DNA from: Gammaproteobacteria bacterium | GTDB lineage: Bacteria; Pseudomonadota; Gammaproteobacteria; Pseudomonadales; JAUIET01 | DNA length: 64,000 bases | Assembly (NCBI GenBank): GCA_030431775.1 | Contig: JAUIHW010000002.1 | Coordinates: 131,087 to 195,086, forward strand | Direction of reading: 5' to 3' | Shown here: piece after piece, positions 1-10,096 of the stretch | How positions within the stretch are numbered: position 1 is the first letter of the stretch | How the letters are laid out: every line of letters starts with the position of its first letter | The notes under the pieces: model-generated | The model's input: the letters and a program-made list of their open reading frames with translations, nothing else | What the model was told of the DNA's origin: nothing | Databases searched by the model: none | Made by a program: the position numbers and the translations under genes

Positions 1-254
1 GTGGCCGTCTCAAGCTCTCTGCCAAGCCGTTGTGCGGCCCAGGCTCTCAACCGTTCAACCACCGGCTCGGCGGGATCGGCCACACCATGAAATTCCGTGC
101 GGTTACAGGTCGACAATAATGCAAGCTCATGAGCCCCGGAGGCCTTTTTCAGGTCATTCAGCACAGCAGGCGCATCGCTGTCGGCCACCGCGATCTTCTC
201 GCGCAGGGCCAGAGCGGCGGTTTTGTGACTTAAACCGAAGACAAATAACGTCAT
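1..254 (-). CDS. hemA: glutamyl-tRNA reductase, N-terminal part (gene runs off the window start)
   Basis: My own minus-strand translation from the ATG at 254-252 gives MTLFVFGLSHKTAALALREKIAV...HELALLSTCNRTEFHG. LSTCNRTE is the HemA active-site Cys motif. The gene is divergent from TPR-lolB-ispE, as in Pseudomonas-type synteny. It is absent from the ORF track because it is open-ended. Confidence 0.8.
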   Translation of the reverse strand, partial: MTLFVFGLSHKTAALALREKIAVADSDAPAVLNDLKKASGAHELALLSTCNRTEFHGVADPAEPVVERLRAWAAQRLGRELETA

Positions 255-389
255 GCTGGTGCCGGTTTCCGGGCTGAATGTTGAAATTGCTGACTTTTTA
301 TTATATCCGTTGTCTAAGCATGAAAGAATGCTTGTCACAGTCAGTAATTTCCCAAATTGCTGGCAACCACTGCACTCAGGTGGTTTACA

Positions 390-2159
390 ATGAAAGATAT
401 GGTAAAAACAGTATTCTACAGCCGGCGCCTGGCGGGCCTGCTCCTTCTCTGTAGCCTGGCAGGCCTGCATGGCTGCGCCACCCAGACCCCGGCGGAGCGG
501 GCCACCATGACGAGCCTGGACTCGCCCGAGGCTGCGGCGCCTGAGCCTGAGATCAAGTACCGACCATTCGACCTGCAAACTTTGTATTCATTATTGGTGG
601 CGGATATTGCTGCACAGCGCAACCGCTATGATATTGCCCTGCGCAACTATCTGCGCCAGGCCGCAAAGACCGAGGACCCGGGGATTGCGCGTTACGCCAC
701 TGTGATGTCCGAGCTTTTGCAGGCAGAAGCCGTCGCTCTGCGCGCATCGGAACTGTGGGCGCGTTCTGCGCCGGGAGATTCAAGCGCCTTGCAATCGGCT
801 GCGATCCACCAGGCCAGAGCCCAGGACCTGGACCAGGCGCTCGCTTACATGACCGGCGCCCTGCGACTGGGCGGGAATACCAATTTTACCGAACTTGCTG
901 AAGCAGCAGCTCAGCTGACGCATGGCCGCAAGCAGGAAGTACTGAAGCAGATGGAGGAATTGCTTCAGGAATACCCCAAGAACGCCGAGTTGTGGCTGGG
1001 CGTGGCCTTGCTGCAAGGAAAACTGAATCAGCACACCGCGGCGCTTGAGAGTGTCAATCAAAGCCTGGCGCTGGCGCCCAAAGACCAGCAGCAACATCGC
1101 ATTGGCGCATCGATTCTACGCGCGCAGACGCTGGAAGAACTGAATCGGACCGAAGACGCTATCAGCGTTATTGAAGCGGCGCTGGAAGAATTTGGTGAGA
1201 ATAAACGGCTGGGCTTGCAATACGCACGCCTGCTGACTCGAACCGACATGCGGCTGGCGGAAGACCAGTTCGAAAGCCTGGCCTCCAGACACCCTGATGA
1301 CCACGAATTGCAGTTTACTCTGGCCCTGGTATACCGGGAGAACCAGCAGCTCGATAAGGCCAGAGACATTCTGGAGGGGCTGCTTGAACTGGACAGCGAC
1401 AATCCATCCGTTCACTACTACCTTGGCATAGTCTTCGAAGATCAAGGCGATGACGACACCGCTCTGGAGCACTACAGCCTGGTGCAGCCCGGGCAGATGT
1501 TCATTTCGGCCCAGGCCCGCTACAGCGACATTCTTGGCAACCGTAATGATGTTGATGGTGCGGTGAATTATCTTGCCGGACTGGCAGACACCTATCCGGA
1601 CCACGAGGTTGACCTGACGCTACTGAGTTCCAACCTGCTGACTCGCCACGGCATGCTGGAACGCAGCCACGCGGTGCTCACGGGCGCTCTGCAGACCCAC
1701 CCAAAGAACCAGGATATTCTGTACGCCCGCTCCATGCTCAATGAGAAACGCCAGGACCTGGCCGCTGCTGAGCAGGATTTACGCCGATTACTGGAACTTG
1801 ACCCAAACAATGCGGCCGCGCTGAATGCATTGGGCTATACCCTGACCGTGCACACCGACCGCTACGACGAAGCGCTGGAACTGATTGAAAAAGCTTTTGC
1901 AATCAAGCCTGAAGATCCGGCCATTATTGACAGTATGGGCTGGATTCATTTTCGCCTGGGCAACATCGAGGTGGCCATAGAACACCTCAGGAAGGCATAC
2001 CAGATGTTCCCAGACCCGGAAGTTGCCGCGCATCTTGGAGAGGCTTTGTGGGCCGCTGGCGCCCAGGACGAAGCCCGAGAGGTTTGGCGCAACGCCCTGG
2101 ATGCCGCTCCGGACAACCAGTTTCTACTGGATATCGTCGAACGTTTCGGCGCTCCTTGA
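390..2159 (+). CDS. TPR-repeat lipoprotein
   Basis: ORF 357..2159; the likely start is the ATG at 390 (MKDMVKT...). Signal peptide with lipobox LAGLHGC. Many TPR-like helical repeats (NAAALNALGYTL, EALELIEKAF). Conserved position upstream of lolB. Confidence 0.8.
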   Translation: MKDMVKTVFYSRRLAGLLLLCSLAGLHGCATQTPAERATMTSLDSPEAAAPEPEIKYRPFDLQTLYSLLVADIAAQRNRYDIALRNYLRQAAKTEDPGIARYATVMSELLQAEAVALRASELWARSAPGDSSALQSAAIHQARAQDLDQALAYMTGALRLGGNTNFTELAEAAAQLTHGRKQEVLKQMEELLQEYPKNAELWLGVALLQGKLNQHTAALESVNQSLALAPKDQQQHRIGASILRAQTLEELNRTEDAISVIEAALEEFGENKRLGLQYARLLTRTDMRLAEDQFESLASRHPDDHELQFTLALVYRENQQLDKARDILEGLLELDSDNPSVHYYLGIVFEDQGDDDTALEHYSLVQPGQMFISAQARYSDILGNRNDVDGAVNYLAGLADTYPDHEVDLTLLSSNLLTRHGMLERSHAVLTGALQTHPKNQDILYARSMLNEKRQDLAAAEQDLRRLLELDPNNAAALNALGYTLTVHTDRYDEALELIEKAFAIKPEDPAIIDSMGWIHFRLGNIEVAIEHLRKAYQMFPDPEVAAHLGEALWAAGAQDEAREVWRNALDAAPDNQFLLDIVERFGAP

Positions 2160-2164
2160 AGAGT

Positions 2165-2797
2165 ATGCCTAAGCTGTTCAACTGGCCCTGCACCGGTCTT
2201 ACCTGCCTGTTATTGCTTTTGGTTTCCGCTTGCTCCCAGCAGCCGGTTCTGGAGTCGGTTTCATTTGCAAGCCAGCAGAGCAAACTGGCGGCAATTGAGT
2301 CCTGGCAGCTGCGCGGGAAAGTGGCGGTCAACTACGCAGGCAAAAGCCGTTCGGCCTATCTTAACTGGCAACAACAGCAACAGGCCTTTTCCATTCGCCT
2401 GCAGGGGCCCTTTGGCGCGGGCGCCACGCACTTGTTCGGCGACCCCTCACAAGTCACCTTGGAACGCACCGGTACCGACAGCCGCACCGCCGAGCAACCC
2501 CGTGATCTGCTGCGTGAGGCTTTGGGACTGGAAGCACCAATTGACCAGCTGCACCTGTGGATTAAAGGCATTCCGGCTCCCGGCCCATTGCGGAAACTGC
2601 AGCTGAACGAGGAATCAGCAACAATTGACAGCTTTGAACAGAGTGGTTGGCGAGTGGTCTACAACGCTTATCAATACCTTGAGGCTCTGCCACTGCCGCG
2701 TAAAATTACCATCACTCCAGCGGGCCAGAGCGGCAAGGCTCCCACCCGTTTGACACTGCTGGTCAGCCACTGGCAACTTGATAGCGCCGATGACTAA
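2165..2797 (+). CDS. lolB: outer-membrane lipoprotein LolB
   Basis: In-frame ATG at 2165 gives MPKLFNWPCTGLTCLLLLLVSAC (lipobox). About 210 aa. Conserved position directly before ispE. Confidence 0.8.
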   Translation: MPKLFNWPCTGLTCLLLLLVSACSQQPVLESVSFASQQSKLAAIESWQLRGKVAVNYAGKSRSAYLNWQQQQQAFSIRLQGPFGAGATHLFGDPSQVTLERTGTDSRTAEQPRDLLREALGLEAPIDQLHLWIKGIPAPGPLRKLQLNEESATIDSFEQSGWRVVYNAYQYLEALPLPRKITITPAGQSGKAPTRLTLLVSHWQLDSADD

Positions 2798-3650
2798 GCC
2801 ACCAGCGCCCCTGGTGCTGCCGGCACCGGCGAAAATCAATCTGTTTCTGCACATAACAGGGCGCCGGTCCGACGGCTACCACGAACTGCAAACGGTCTTT
2901 CAACTGTTGGATTACGGCGATGAGTTGACATTTACGAGCCGCCCGGACGCCTCAATTGAGCTGCTGGGTGACCATTGCGATACGCCAACGGACGATAACC
3001 TGGTAGTGCGCGCCGCCCGATTATTGCAGGAGCAATGTCAGTGCAAGCGTGGGGCTACAATCAAACTCGACAAGCGCCTGCCGCTGGGAGCTGGTTTAGG
3101 CGGTGGCAGCTCCGACGCAGCCAGCACCCTGCTCGGCTTGAACCGCCTGTGGCAGCTGAACCGTTCGGTGAACGAACTGGCGCAGTTAGGCCTCCGGCTT
3201 GGGGCGGATGTGCCGGTATTTGTGCGCGGTGAATCCGCCTTTGGGGAAGGAATTGGCGAGCGTTTGCAGAGCGTAGAATTGCCACCGAGCTGGTTTCTGG
3301 TGATTAAACCGCGTTGCAAGGTTGCCACCGGGCGCATTTTTTCGCACCAAGAATTGACACGAAACACCTCTCCGATCACAATACGCCGCTTTCTGAGCGG
3401 GGTTGTCAAAACCCGTAATGATTGCTTGGCGGTGGTGTGCACACTCTACCCGGAAATTCAGGCAGTGATGGAGTGGTTGAAACCCCTGGCTGAGCCAAGG
3501 CTGACCGGGACCGGCGCTTGCGTTTTCGCAGCCTTTGACGACCAGGGGAGCGCTGTTGAAGTGCAACAGCAAGTGCCCGCGAACTGGCAGTCATTTGTGG
3601 CGCAGGGCATCAACCGGTCACCAACGCACAGCGCGCTTGGCCTGTTTTGA
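2790..3650 (+). CDS. ispE: 4-diphosphocytidyl-2-C-methyl-D-erythritol kinase
   Basis: PAPAKINLFLHITGRRSDGYHEL and GAGLGGGSSDAAS (GHMP kinase motif). The ATG at 2790 overlaps the lolB stop; the alternative TTG at 2778 is the ORF-track start. Confidence 0.9.
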   Translation: MTKPPAPLVLPAPAKINLFLHITGRRSDGYHELQTVFQLLDYGDELTFTSRPDASIELLGDHCDTPTDDNLVVRAARLLQEQCQCKRGATIKLDKRLPLGAGLGGGSSDAASTLLGLNRLWQLNRSVNELAQLGLRLGADVPVFVRGESAFGEGIGERLQSVELPPSWFLVIKPRCKVATGRIFSHQELTRNTSPITIRRFLSGVVKTRNDCLAVVCTLYPEIQAVMEWLKPLAEPRLTGTGACVFAAFDDQGSAVEVQQQVPANWQSFVAQGINRSPTHSALGLF

Positions 3651-3690
3651 GGCAATGGTGGCAGGCTCGCGAAGAAACTGACAAGTTAAT

Positions 3691-3765
3691 TGGGGCGTCG
3701 CCAAGCGGTAAGGCACTGGGTTTTGATCCCAGCATGCGCAGGTTCGAATCCTGCCGCCCCAGCCA
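3691..3765 (+). tRNA. tRNA-Gln (anticodon TTG), CCA encoded
   Basis: TGGGGCGTCGCCAAGCGGTAAGGCACTGGGTTTTGATCCCAGCATGCGCAGGTTCGAATCCTGCCGCCCCAGCCA folds as a cloverleaf. The anticodon loop is TTTTGAT. Conserved position between ispE and prs. Confidence 0.9.
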
Positions 3766-3804
3766 TTTTGCTGGCTACAGGCAAGCAATAGCGGACCCAA
3801 CTCA

Positions 3805-4749
3805 ATGCGAAATATCCTAGTTTTCACTGGCAATTCCAACCCAGAGTTGGCTCATGGCATCGTGCGCAATCTTGGTATATCCCTGGGCAACGCAGAGATC
3901 GGCAAGTTTAGCGATGGCGAGATTTCCGTGGAAATAAAGGAAAACGTGCGCGGCCGCGAAGTTTTTATCATCCAGTCCACTTGCAAGCCCACTAACTCCA
4001 GCCTGATGGAGCTGGTTCTTATGGCGGATGCTTTGCGACGCGCCTCAGCTGGCAAAATCACGGCCGTGGTGCCCTATTTCGGCTATTCACGGCAGGATCG
4101 ACGAGTGCGCTCAGTACGGGTTCCGATCAGCGCGAAAGTCTGTGCAGACATGATTTCCAATGTCGGCGTGGACCGTGTGTTAACCGTGGATTTGCATGCC
4201 GAACAGATTCAGGGCTTCTTTGCCTGCGCAGTGGACAATGTCTACGGTGCCCCGGTACTGACCAGCGATATCGAGCGCCAGCACTATGCTGCACCGGTTG
4301 TGGTATCACCTGACATTGGTGGCGTGGTGCGCGCCCGTGCGGTGGCCAAGTCGCTTAACGACACTGACCTGGCCATTATAGACAAGCGCCGGCCGAAAGC
4401 GAATGAATCTCAGGTGATGCACATTATCGGCGACGTTGAAGACAAAACCTGCATCATGGTTGACGACATGGTCGACACAGCAGGCACTCTGTGCAAAGCT
4501 GCCGCCGCATTGAAAGAGCACGGTGCGGCCAAGGTGGTGGCCTACTGCACCCATCCGGTATTGTCTGGCGAAGCAGTGACGAATATTGCCACCTCACAGC
4601 TGGACGAGCTGGTGGTCACTGACACGATCCCGCTGCGTAAAGAGTCACGCAGTTGCACTAAGATTCGCCAACTGACTATCGCTGATCTGCTCGCGGAGTC
4701 AATCCGCAGGGTCAGTAACGAGGAATCCATAAGCGCCCTGTTTCGTTAA
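3805..4749 (+). CDS. prs: ribose-phosphate pyrophosphokinase
   Basis: 314 aa with [24 protein letters not shown] and [12 protein letters not shown] (PRPP-binding loop). Confidence 0.95.
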   Translation: MRNILVFTGNSNPELAHGIVRNLGISLGNAEIGKFSDGEISVEIKENVRGREVFIIQSTCKPTNSSLMELVLMADALRRASAGKITAVVPYFGYSRQDRRVRSVRVPISAKVCADMISNVGVDRVLTVDLHAEQIQGFFACAVDNVYGAPVLTSDIERQHYAAPVVVSPDIGGVVRARAVAKSLNDTDLAIIDKRRPKANESQVMHIIGDVEDKTCIMVDDMVDTAGTLCKAAAALKEHGAAKVVAYCTHPVLSGEAVTNIATSQLDELVVTDTIPLRKESRSCTKIRQLTIADLLAESIRRVSNEESISALFR

Positions 4750-4820
4750 CACGGCAGGGTTTACACCAACCGCAGCCTGATTCGGTCGCAGAATCTTGCT
4801 GTTCATAAAGGAGTCGACAT

Positions 4821-5495
4821 ATGTCTGACGATTTCGTACTGCATGCGCAGAGCCGCAAAGACGTGGGGAAAGGTGCGAGCCGCCGCCTGCGTCGTGAACA
4901 AGACCTGATGCCCGCCATTGTGTACGGTGGCAAAGAGGAGCCCGCAAATATCAGCATTCCCCATAAGGACATGCTGAAGGCCACCTCCAATGAGGCATTT
5001 TATTCGCACATTATTTCGCTTGAAATTGACGGCAAAACTGAAGATGTCATTATCAAGGACTTACAGCGCCACCCGGCCAAAAAACGATTGCTGCACGCTG
5101 ACTTTCTGCGCATTGTAAAAGGCCAGAAAATCACGGTTAACGTGCCGCTGCACTTCATCAATGAAGAGCAATGCCATGGCGTGAAAATGGAAGGCGGCAT
5201 GATTCTGCACGCTGCCACCGACATTGAAATCAGCTGTCTGCCTAAAGATCTGCCCGAGTATATCGAGGTGGACATGCTGGACGTCAAGCTGGGCGAGCAG
5301 GTTCATTTGTCCGACATAAAGCTGCCTGAAGGTATTGAAAGTGTGGCCTTGTCGCACGGTGCAGATCACGACCTGCCAGTCGCGAGCATCAGCGAGCCAA
5401 GAGCGGCCAAAGAAGAAACCAGCGACGAAGATGTGTCACCTGATGTGCCAACAGCAAGTGACGAAGCCGCTGCCGACGACAATAGCGAAGACTAG
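4821..5495 (+). CDS. rplY: 50S ribosomal protein L25, long Ctc form
   Basis: AAGGAG ribosome-binding site 7 nt upstream. N-terminus RKDVGKGASRRLRREQDLMPAIVYGG. Acidic C-terminal tail. Sits between prs and pth. Confidence 0.9.
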   Translation: MSDDFVLHAQSRKDVGKGASRRLRREQDLMPAIVYGGKEEPANISIPHKDMLKATSNEAFYSHIISLEIDGKTEDVIIKDLQRHPAKKRLLHADFLRIVKGQKITVNVPLHFINEEQCHGVKMEGGMILHAATDIEISCLPKDLPEYIEVDMLDVKLGEQVHLSDIKLPEGIESVALSHGADHDLPVASISEPRAAKEETSDEDVSPDVPTASDEAAADDNSED

Positions 5496-5509
5496 ACCAG
5501 GGCCGGTTG

Positions 5510-6115
5510 ATGGCAGCGTTACAGCTGATCGTCGGCCTTGGCAACCCCGGTGCAGAATACGCCGGCACCCGCCACAATGCGGGTGCCTGGTTTATTACTG
5601 AGTTGGCCCGGCAACTGGGTTGCACCCTGCAAGCCGACAAAAAACTCAAAGGGGATACGGCCAAGGCCACGCTCGACGGCCACAGCGTGCGCTTGCTCGC
5701 GCCGTCGACCTTTATGAACCTGAGCGGCCAATCGGTCGCCGCCTGCGCCCAGTTTTATAAACTACCGCTTGAGTCTATTCTGGTTGCGCACGATGAACTG
5801 GACCTGCCTCTGGGCACGGCCAAGCTAAAACAGGGTGGCGGCCATGGCGGCAATAATGGTATTCGCAGCATTATTCAGGAACTGGGTAATCAACATGGCT
5901 TCATGCGCCTGCGCCTGGGAATTGGCCACCCGAGAGACCTTGCTCCAGAGCGCGAAGTGCACTCGCATGTGCTGGGTCGCCCCAGTCAAAGTGAGCGTGA
6001 GCAGATTGAAAACTGCATCGAGCAGGCCATCAAGGTGCTACCACTCATTGCCAATGGTCACTGGCAGAAGGCACAAACACAACTCCACAGCTACCAACCC
6101 ACACCGAGTAACTGA
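5510..6115 (+). CDS. pth: peptidyl-tRNA hydrolase
   Basis: [23 protein letters not shown] and [16 protein letters not shown] motifs. The ATG at 5510 is one codon inside the ORF-track TTG start. Confidence 0.95.
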   Translation: MAALQLIVGLGNPGAEYAGTRHNAGAWFITELARQLGCTLQADKKLKGDTAKATLDGHSVRLLAPSTFMNLSGQSVAACAQFYKLPLESILVAHDELDLPLGTAKLKQGGGHGGNNGIRSIIQELGNQHGFMRLRLGIGHPRDLAPEREVHSHVLGRPSQSEREQIENCIEQAIKVLPLIANGHWQKAQTQLHSYQPTPSN

Positions 6116-6117
6116 AA

Positions 6118-7209
6118 ATGGGCTTTAAATGCGGTATTGTTGGGCTACCCAACGTCGGCAAATCCACTTTGTTCAACGCCTTGACCGACGCCGGCATTGG
6201 CGCCGAGAATTTCCCGTTCTGCACCATTGAACCCAATGCTGGCGTAGTGCCGGTTCCCGACTTGCGGCTTGACCGGCTGGCCGCCATCGTTAAACCGGAG
6301 AAGGTAATAGCCACAACCATGGAGTTTGTGGATATTGCCGGGCTGGTTGAAGGTGCCTCCAAAGGAGAGGGTCTGGGAAACCAGTTTCTGAGCAATATTC
6401 GCGAAACCGACGCGATCGCGCACGTCGTGCGCTGCTTTGAAGACAGCAATGTGATTCATGTCGCCAACCAAATTGACCCGGCCGCTGATATTGAAGTCAT
6501 CAACACCGAGTTGGCGCTGGCCGACCTGGACGCTGTGGAAAAAGCCATTCAAAAGCTGGTCCGTGTTGTTAAAAGCGGAGATAAGGAGGCCAAAGCCAAA
6601 ATGGCTCTGCTCGAGCGCCTGCAACCTCATTTGGATGAAGCCAAACCGGTGCGCACACTTGAGCTGACTCCAGCAGACCTGGACCTGCTGAAAGACCTAA
6701 ACCTACTGACCCTAAAACCAACCATGTACATTGCCAATGTGGATGAGGAAGGCTTTGAAAATAACTCCCACCTGGACACAGTGCAGCGCATAGCCGCCGG
6801 CGAAAACGCCGCTGTGGTTGCCATCTGCAACAAAATTGAAGCCGAAATTGCAGAACTGGAAGCGGATGAAAAAGCCGAATTCCTCGCTGAAATGGGTATG
6901 GACGAACCCGGCCTGGACCGGGTGATTCGCGCCGGCTACGAACTTCTCAACTTACAGACTTTTTTCACAGCGGGTGAAAAGGAAGTGCGCGCCTGGACCG
7001 TAAAAATCGGCGCCAGCGCCCTACAGGCCGCAGGGCGAATTCATACCGATTTCGAAAAAGGCTTTATTCGCGCTGAAGTGGTGGGCTACGACGACTTTGT
7101 CACACTCGGCGGGGAAAGCGGCGCCAAGGACGCTGGAAAATGGCGCCTGGAAGGTAAGGATTACATCATGCACGACGGTGACGTCGTCCATTTCCGGTTT
7201 AATGTCTGA
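6118..7209 (+). CDS. ychF: ribosome-binding ATPase YchF
   Basis: [19 protein letters not shown]-loop, [21 protein letters not shown], and a C-terminal TGS-like [11 protein letters not shown]. Confidence 0.95.
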   Translation: MGFKCGIVGLPNVGKSTLFNALTDAGIGAENFPFCTIEPNAGVVPVPDLRLDRLAAIVKPEKVIATTMEFVDIAGLVEGASKGEGLGNQFLSNIRETDAIAHVVRCFEDSNVIHVANQIDPAADIEVINTELALADLDAVEKAIQKLVRVVKSGDKEAKAKMALLERLQPHLDEAKPVRTLELTPADLDLLKDLNLLTLKPTMYIANVDEEGFENNSHLDTVQRIAAGENAAVVAICNKIEAEIAELEADEKAEFLAEMGMDEPGLDRVIRAGYELLNLQTFFTAGEKEVRAWTVKIGASALQAAGRIHTDFEKGFIRAEVVGYDDFVTLGGESGAKDAGKWRLEGKDYIMHDGDVVHFRFNV

Positions 7210-7340
7210 GTAACGGCTTGCTCACTCGCACAGCAAACCATCAATAAGCTGTACTACTGCAACCATAAGCGCGGCGGGAGTTGACACCTTCAGGGCTCAG
7301 CCCCAGTATAAGCTGGCATTGCTTGCAGGGAACCCAGGAA

Positions 7341-7703
7341 ATGCTGGCCTACGATAAGGAAATGATCGACACCGTTCATGACATCCGCAAGAACCTGCCC
7401 ACCGGGCTGCGCCACGGAATCAAGCTATCCAACCCGGAACTGCCCGACGCGCTAGAGCGGATCTTCGGCCTGGTTAAAGACCCGCACACCCGCACGCTGA
7501 TCCAACACTTCTTCGACCTGGCCAAAGACGCGCGGCTGAACAGTGATAGCTCCGCAGGCGAACCGCAAATCGGCAGCCGGCATGACGACGCCACAGTAAT
7601 GCACGCATCCGAAGACGCACTGAAAGCAGTTAAAAAGCTTCTGGCCGGCCGCTTGTTCAACCGTCGCCACCCGGTAAGCGAGCCCTCCGACACGGGCGGA
7701 TGA
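7341..7703 (+). CDS. hypothetical protein (about 120 aa)
   Basis: ORF 7281..7703. An internal ATG at 7341 is preceded by AGGAA. I recognise no motif. Confidence 0.35.
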   Translation: MLAYDKEMIDTVHDIRKNLPTGLRHGIKLSNPELPDALERIFGLVKDPHTRTLIQHFFDLAKDARLNSDSSAGEPQIGSRHDDATVMHASEDALKAVKKLLAGRLFNRRHPVSEPSDTGG

Positions 7704-7756
7704 CTTGACAATCATGGGCGCTTTGAGCAGAATTCGCGCCTCACAATGCCCCGTGT

Positions 7757-7833
7757 GGCTACGTAGCTCAGTTGGTTAGAGCACAGCATTCATAATGCTG
7801 GGGTCGGTGGTTCAAGTCCACCCGTAGCTACCA
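7757..7833 (+). tRNA. elongator tRNA-Met (anticodon CAT), CCA encoded
   Basis: GGCTACGTAGCTCAGTTGGTTAGAGCACAGCATTCATAATGCTGGGGTCGGTGGTTCAAGTCCACCCGTAGCTACCA. It is very close to the E. coli metT-type sequence. The anticodon loop is TTCATAA. Confidence 0.9.
7789..7833 (+). repeat. attL-type repeat (3' half of the functional tRNA-Met)
   Basis: TTCATAATGCTGGGGTCGGTGGTTCAAGTCCACCCGTAGCTACCA matches 22659-22703 at 41 of 45 positions. Confidence 0.8.
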
Positions 7834-7839
7834 TATCTT

Positions 7840-9009
7840 TCAAAGGGTTACGTACGCGTAGCCCTTTTTGTTTCTGCCAAATGCGTGAGATTTGCGTGAC
7901 CCTCCTTCTGTCTTAGCATTTGGACTCTTCAGTAGCGTTAATGTCGGCGTTGATCCCCGCTCAAAACTCACCTTCTCGGCTGCTTCTATCAGTTCCCCGA
8001 TTTCCACTGCCGAGTAGTGTGTGGTGATTTGCTTGTTGGTGTGACCAAGCAGCACCATACGCGTCTCAACACCAATGCCAGCAGCGCGCAGGCGACGCCC
8101 GAAGGTGTGTTTCAAGTCGTGAACCCTGACCTGAGATAACTCTGTCACGTCCCGCGCCCGGCGCCACGCCTTGTTATTCATCCGCTCCACCGGTTTGTGC
8201 TCACCTTTATACTTATAGGTGAAAACGTGTTCCGGATGAATACCCCGCTGACGATTCACAACGGCTCTCGCGACGGAGTTCAGGACCACCAACCGATCTT
8301 CGCCATTCTTTACAAGTTCACCCGGTATCAGGAATACACTGGCAGACAGCTCTGGAAGAGAAACTTCCCACTCCCAGCGCAAGCCGCAGACTTCCGCTTC
8401 CCGCGTACCGGTATTGACCTTGAACAACGCCATTTCCCGCAGGTGCTTCGGCAATTCGGCAAACAGCCTCTCCTGCTCAACCCACGAAACCGGGTATGGC
8501 TTCCTGGCATCTTTCCAATCCAGCGTACGAATCAGCGGCGGTGTCTCCAGCCATGGATTGCCGCGATCATCGCGCCACAACCTGGCTGCCAACATCAATA
8601 CCCGCCGGACAACGGCCAAATCGCGATTGATCGTATTGGACTTCAGGCCCTCTTTTTTGCGTGAAGCAATAAAAGGCCCCAAGGTATCCTGATGCACCTG
8701 CCGTAACGCCAGATCCCCGATAAAAGGGTCGAGAATCCTCAGCGACTGGGCATCGCGATCTATACTGCGTTTGTGCTCATTCTCCAGAAGATACTTGGTG
8801 GCTGCCTGGCGAAAGGTGTGATCGGGTTTGATGCCGTACACCATTTCCTTTCGAATCTGCTCCAGTCTGAAGGTCAAGTATTGCTCAGCTTCCTGCCGGT
8901 CACCCGTGCCAGTGCTTTCGAAAAGGCGGCCATATCCTCTGATGCGTTTGTCGATTGTCCAGATGCCGTTTTTGCCCCGTTTGACGAGGCCCGGTGTTCT
9001 CTTCGACAT
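7840..9009 (-). CDS. tyrosine site-specific integrase (P4-like)
   Basis: 389 aa. Catalytic signature NTGTREAEVCGLRW (R), HDLKHTFGRRL (HxxR) and LLGHTNKQITTHY (H..Y). Ends 7 nt from the tRNA-Met 3' end. Confidence 0.9.
   Translation of the reverse strand: MSKRTPGLVKRGKNGIWTIDKRIRGYGRLFESTGTGDRQEAEQYLTFRLEQIRKEMVYGIKPDHTFRQAATKYLLENEHKRSIDRDAQSLRILDPFIGDLALRQVHQDTLGPFIASRKKEGLKSNTINRDLAVVRRVLMLAARLWRDDRGNPWLETPPLIRTLDWKDARKPYPVSWVEQERLFAELPKHLREMALFKVNTGTREAEVCGLRWEWEVSLPELSASVFLIPGELVKNGEDRLVVLNSVARAVVNRQRGIHPEHVFTYKYKGEHKPVERMNNKAWRRARDVTELSQVRVHDLKHTFGRRLRAAGIGVETRMVLLGHTNKQITTHYSAVEIGELIEAAEKVSFERGSTPTLTLLKSPNAKTEGGSRKSHAFGRNKKGYAYVTL
7843..7869 (+). terminator. rho-independent terminator of tRNA-Met
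   Basis: Hairpin GGGTTACG-TACG-CGTAGCCC (one G-U pair) followed by TTTTT. It lies inside the last codons of the minus-strand integrase ORF. Confidence 0.55.
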
Positions 9010-9224
9010 AGTGAATTACTCCTATGGTTCGTCGAACACCCACAGCGGGACTTATACTGCTCCACCCAGGCATCCATTTCAAGGCGGTCAAAGGCAATTC
9101 CCTGTTTGCCAATGGGAATCTCTGTCAACTGGTGTCGCACTTCCCGGTTGAAACGGTTCTTGTCCATACCCAGATAGATAGGGGCATCCCGGAGTCGAAT
9201 AAGCCGTGGCAGGATTCCTTGCAT
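8874..9224 (-). CDS. excisionase/AlpA-like small DNA-binding protein (C-terminus uncertain)
   Basis: The N-terminal about 65 aa (LPRLIRLRDAPIYLGMDKNRFNREV...GIAFDRLEMDAWVEQYK) resemble AlpA/Xis HTH proteins. It lies directly upstream of int on the same strand. The last 136 nt overlap int in another frame. Confidence 0.45.
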   Translation of the reverse strand: MQGILPRLIRLRDAPIYLGMDKNRFNREVRHQLTEIPIGKQGIAFDRLEMDAWVEQYKSRCGCSTNHRSNSLCRREHRASSNGAKTASGQSTNASEDMAAFSKALARVTGRKLSNT

Positions 9225-9226
9225 GG

Positions 9227-10096
9227 CTATCTTCCTAAATAAACTGCTGTTATCTGCTCGCGCTCATGACCCAACTCACTGGAGATTTGCAGTCGTGCTT
9301 GCTGATCCAGAACCTTTTGAGCTTTGGTGAGCTGCTGACTCGTTGGCCCACCCTGGTTCGGAGCATCCCAGCCCGTGAGCTCTCTGTAACGGGTCTGGGC
9401 ATAGGTATGTCTCAGCCCGTGCATTCTTGATAGCCCTGCATTGGCCGTCTGGCGTTCGTATACTCTTAGCTGTTGTATGTATTGCCGGTTTTGAGGAATC
9501 AAGGAATGACTGCCTGCCAGTGCTTTGGCCTGTTCAAGTAGCTGTCGCTGGTGCTCTTTACGGATGGGAATAGTTCTTTCTTTACCGCCCTTTGTCCAAC
9601 TGGCTTGAAGCCTGACCTGATCACCCTGATCCGCTTGCCGGGGTTTGATTTTCAGGGCCTCTTCCCGCCGTAAACCAAAGGCGGCTTGAAGTTGCAGGCT
9701 CATGCGAACAAAGGGGTCTGTCACCTTTTCCAGCTTGTCCTGTTCCAGGATTCTCGCCCTTGTGGTTCCAGTGGAACCATAGTGGCGATCCGGGATGCCA
9801 TAAAAATCGTTGGATCGGGCAATAACGTTTTGTTTGTTCACTGCCCTCGCCCACCAGCGCAGATTGCTCATCCGGTTCTTGATGGTGCCGGGCGACAGAT
9901 TCTGTGATTGCCACAGCTTAACCAGGGCTTCCACATGCTTGGGTTTCAAGGAATGTTTACTCATGCGCCTGAAACCCAATTCATGGAGCTGATCAGCGAT
10001 CTGGGTTAACTGATGCTCGCGATTGCTGCGGGTAGCATAGCTGCCTTCCCGGTTATGGCGACACAGTTGTTTCAATTGGTAGTTCAAGTCTCTCAT
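9227..10096 (-). CDS. second tyrosine recombinase (Integrase_1/Phage_integr_3-like)
   Basis: FGLRREEALKI (R), HGLRHTYAQTRY (HxxR) and ELGHEREQITAVYLGR (H..Y). The likely start is the ATG at 10096 (MRDLNYQL...), not the ORF-track start at 10264. Confidence 0.8.
   Translation of the reverse strand: MRDLNYQLKQLCRHNREGSYATRSNREHQLTQIADQLHELGFRRMSKHSLKPKHVEALVKLWQSQNLSPGTIKNRMSNLRWWARAVNKQNVIARSNDFYGIPDRHYGSTGTTRARILEQDKLEKVTDPFVRMSLQLQAAFGLRREEALKIKPRQADQGDQVRLQASWTKGGKERTIPIRKEHQRQLLEQAKALAGSHSLIPQNRQYIQQLRVYERQTANAGLSRMHGLRHTYAQTRYRELTGWDAPNQGGPTSQQLTKAQKVLDQQARLQISSELGHEREQITAVYLGR

Noticed and set aside
32-277. 81-aa plus-strand ORF at the window start
   Set aside because: It lies antisense to a clear hemA N-terminus (LSTCNRTE motif) and has an Arg/Pro-rich, non-protein-like composition.
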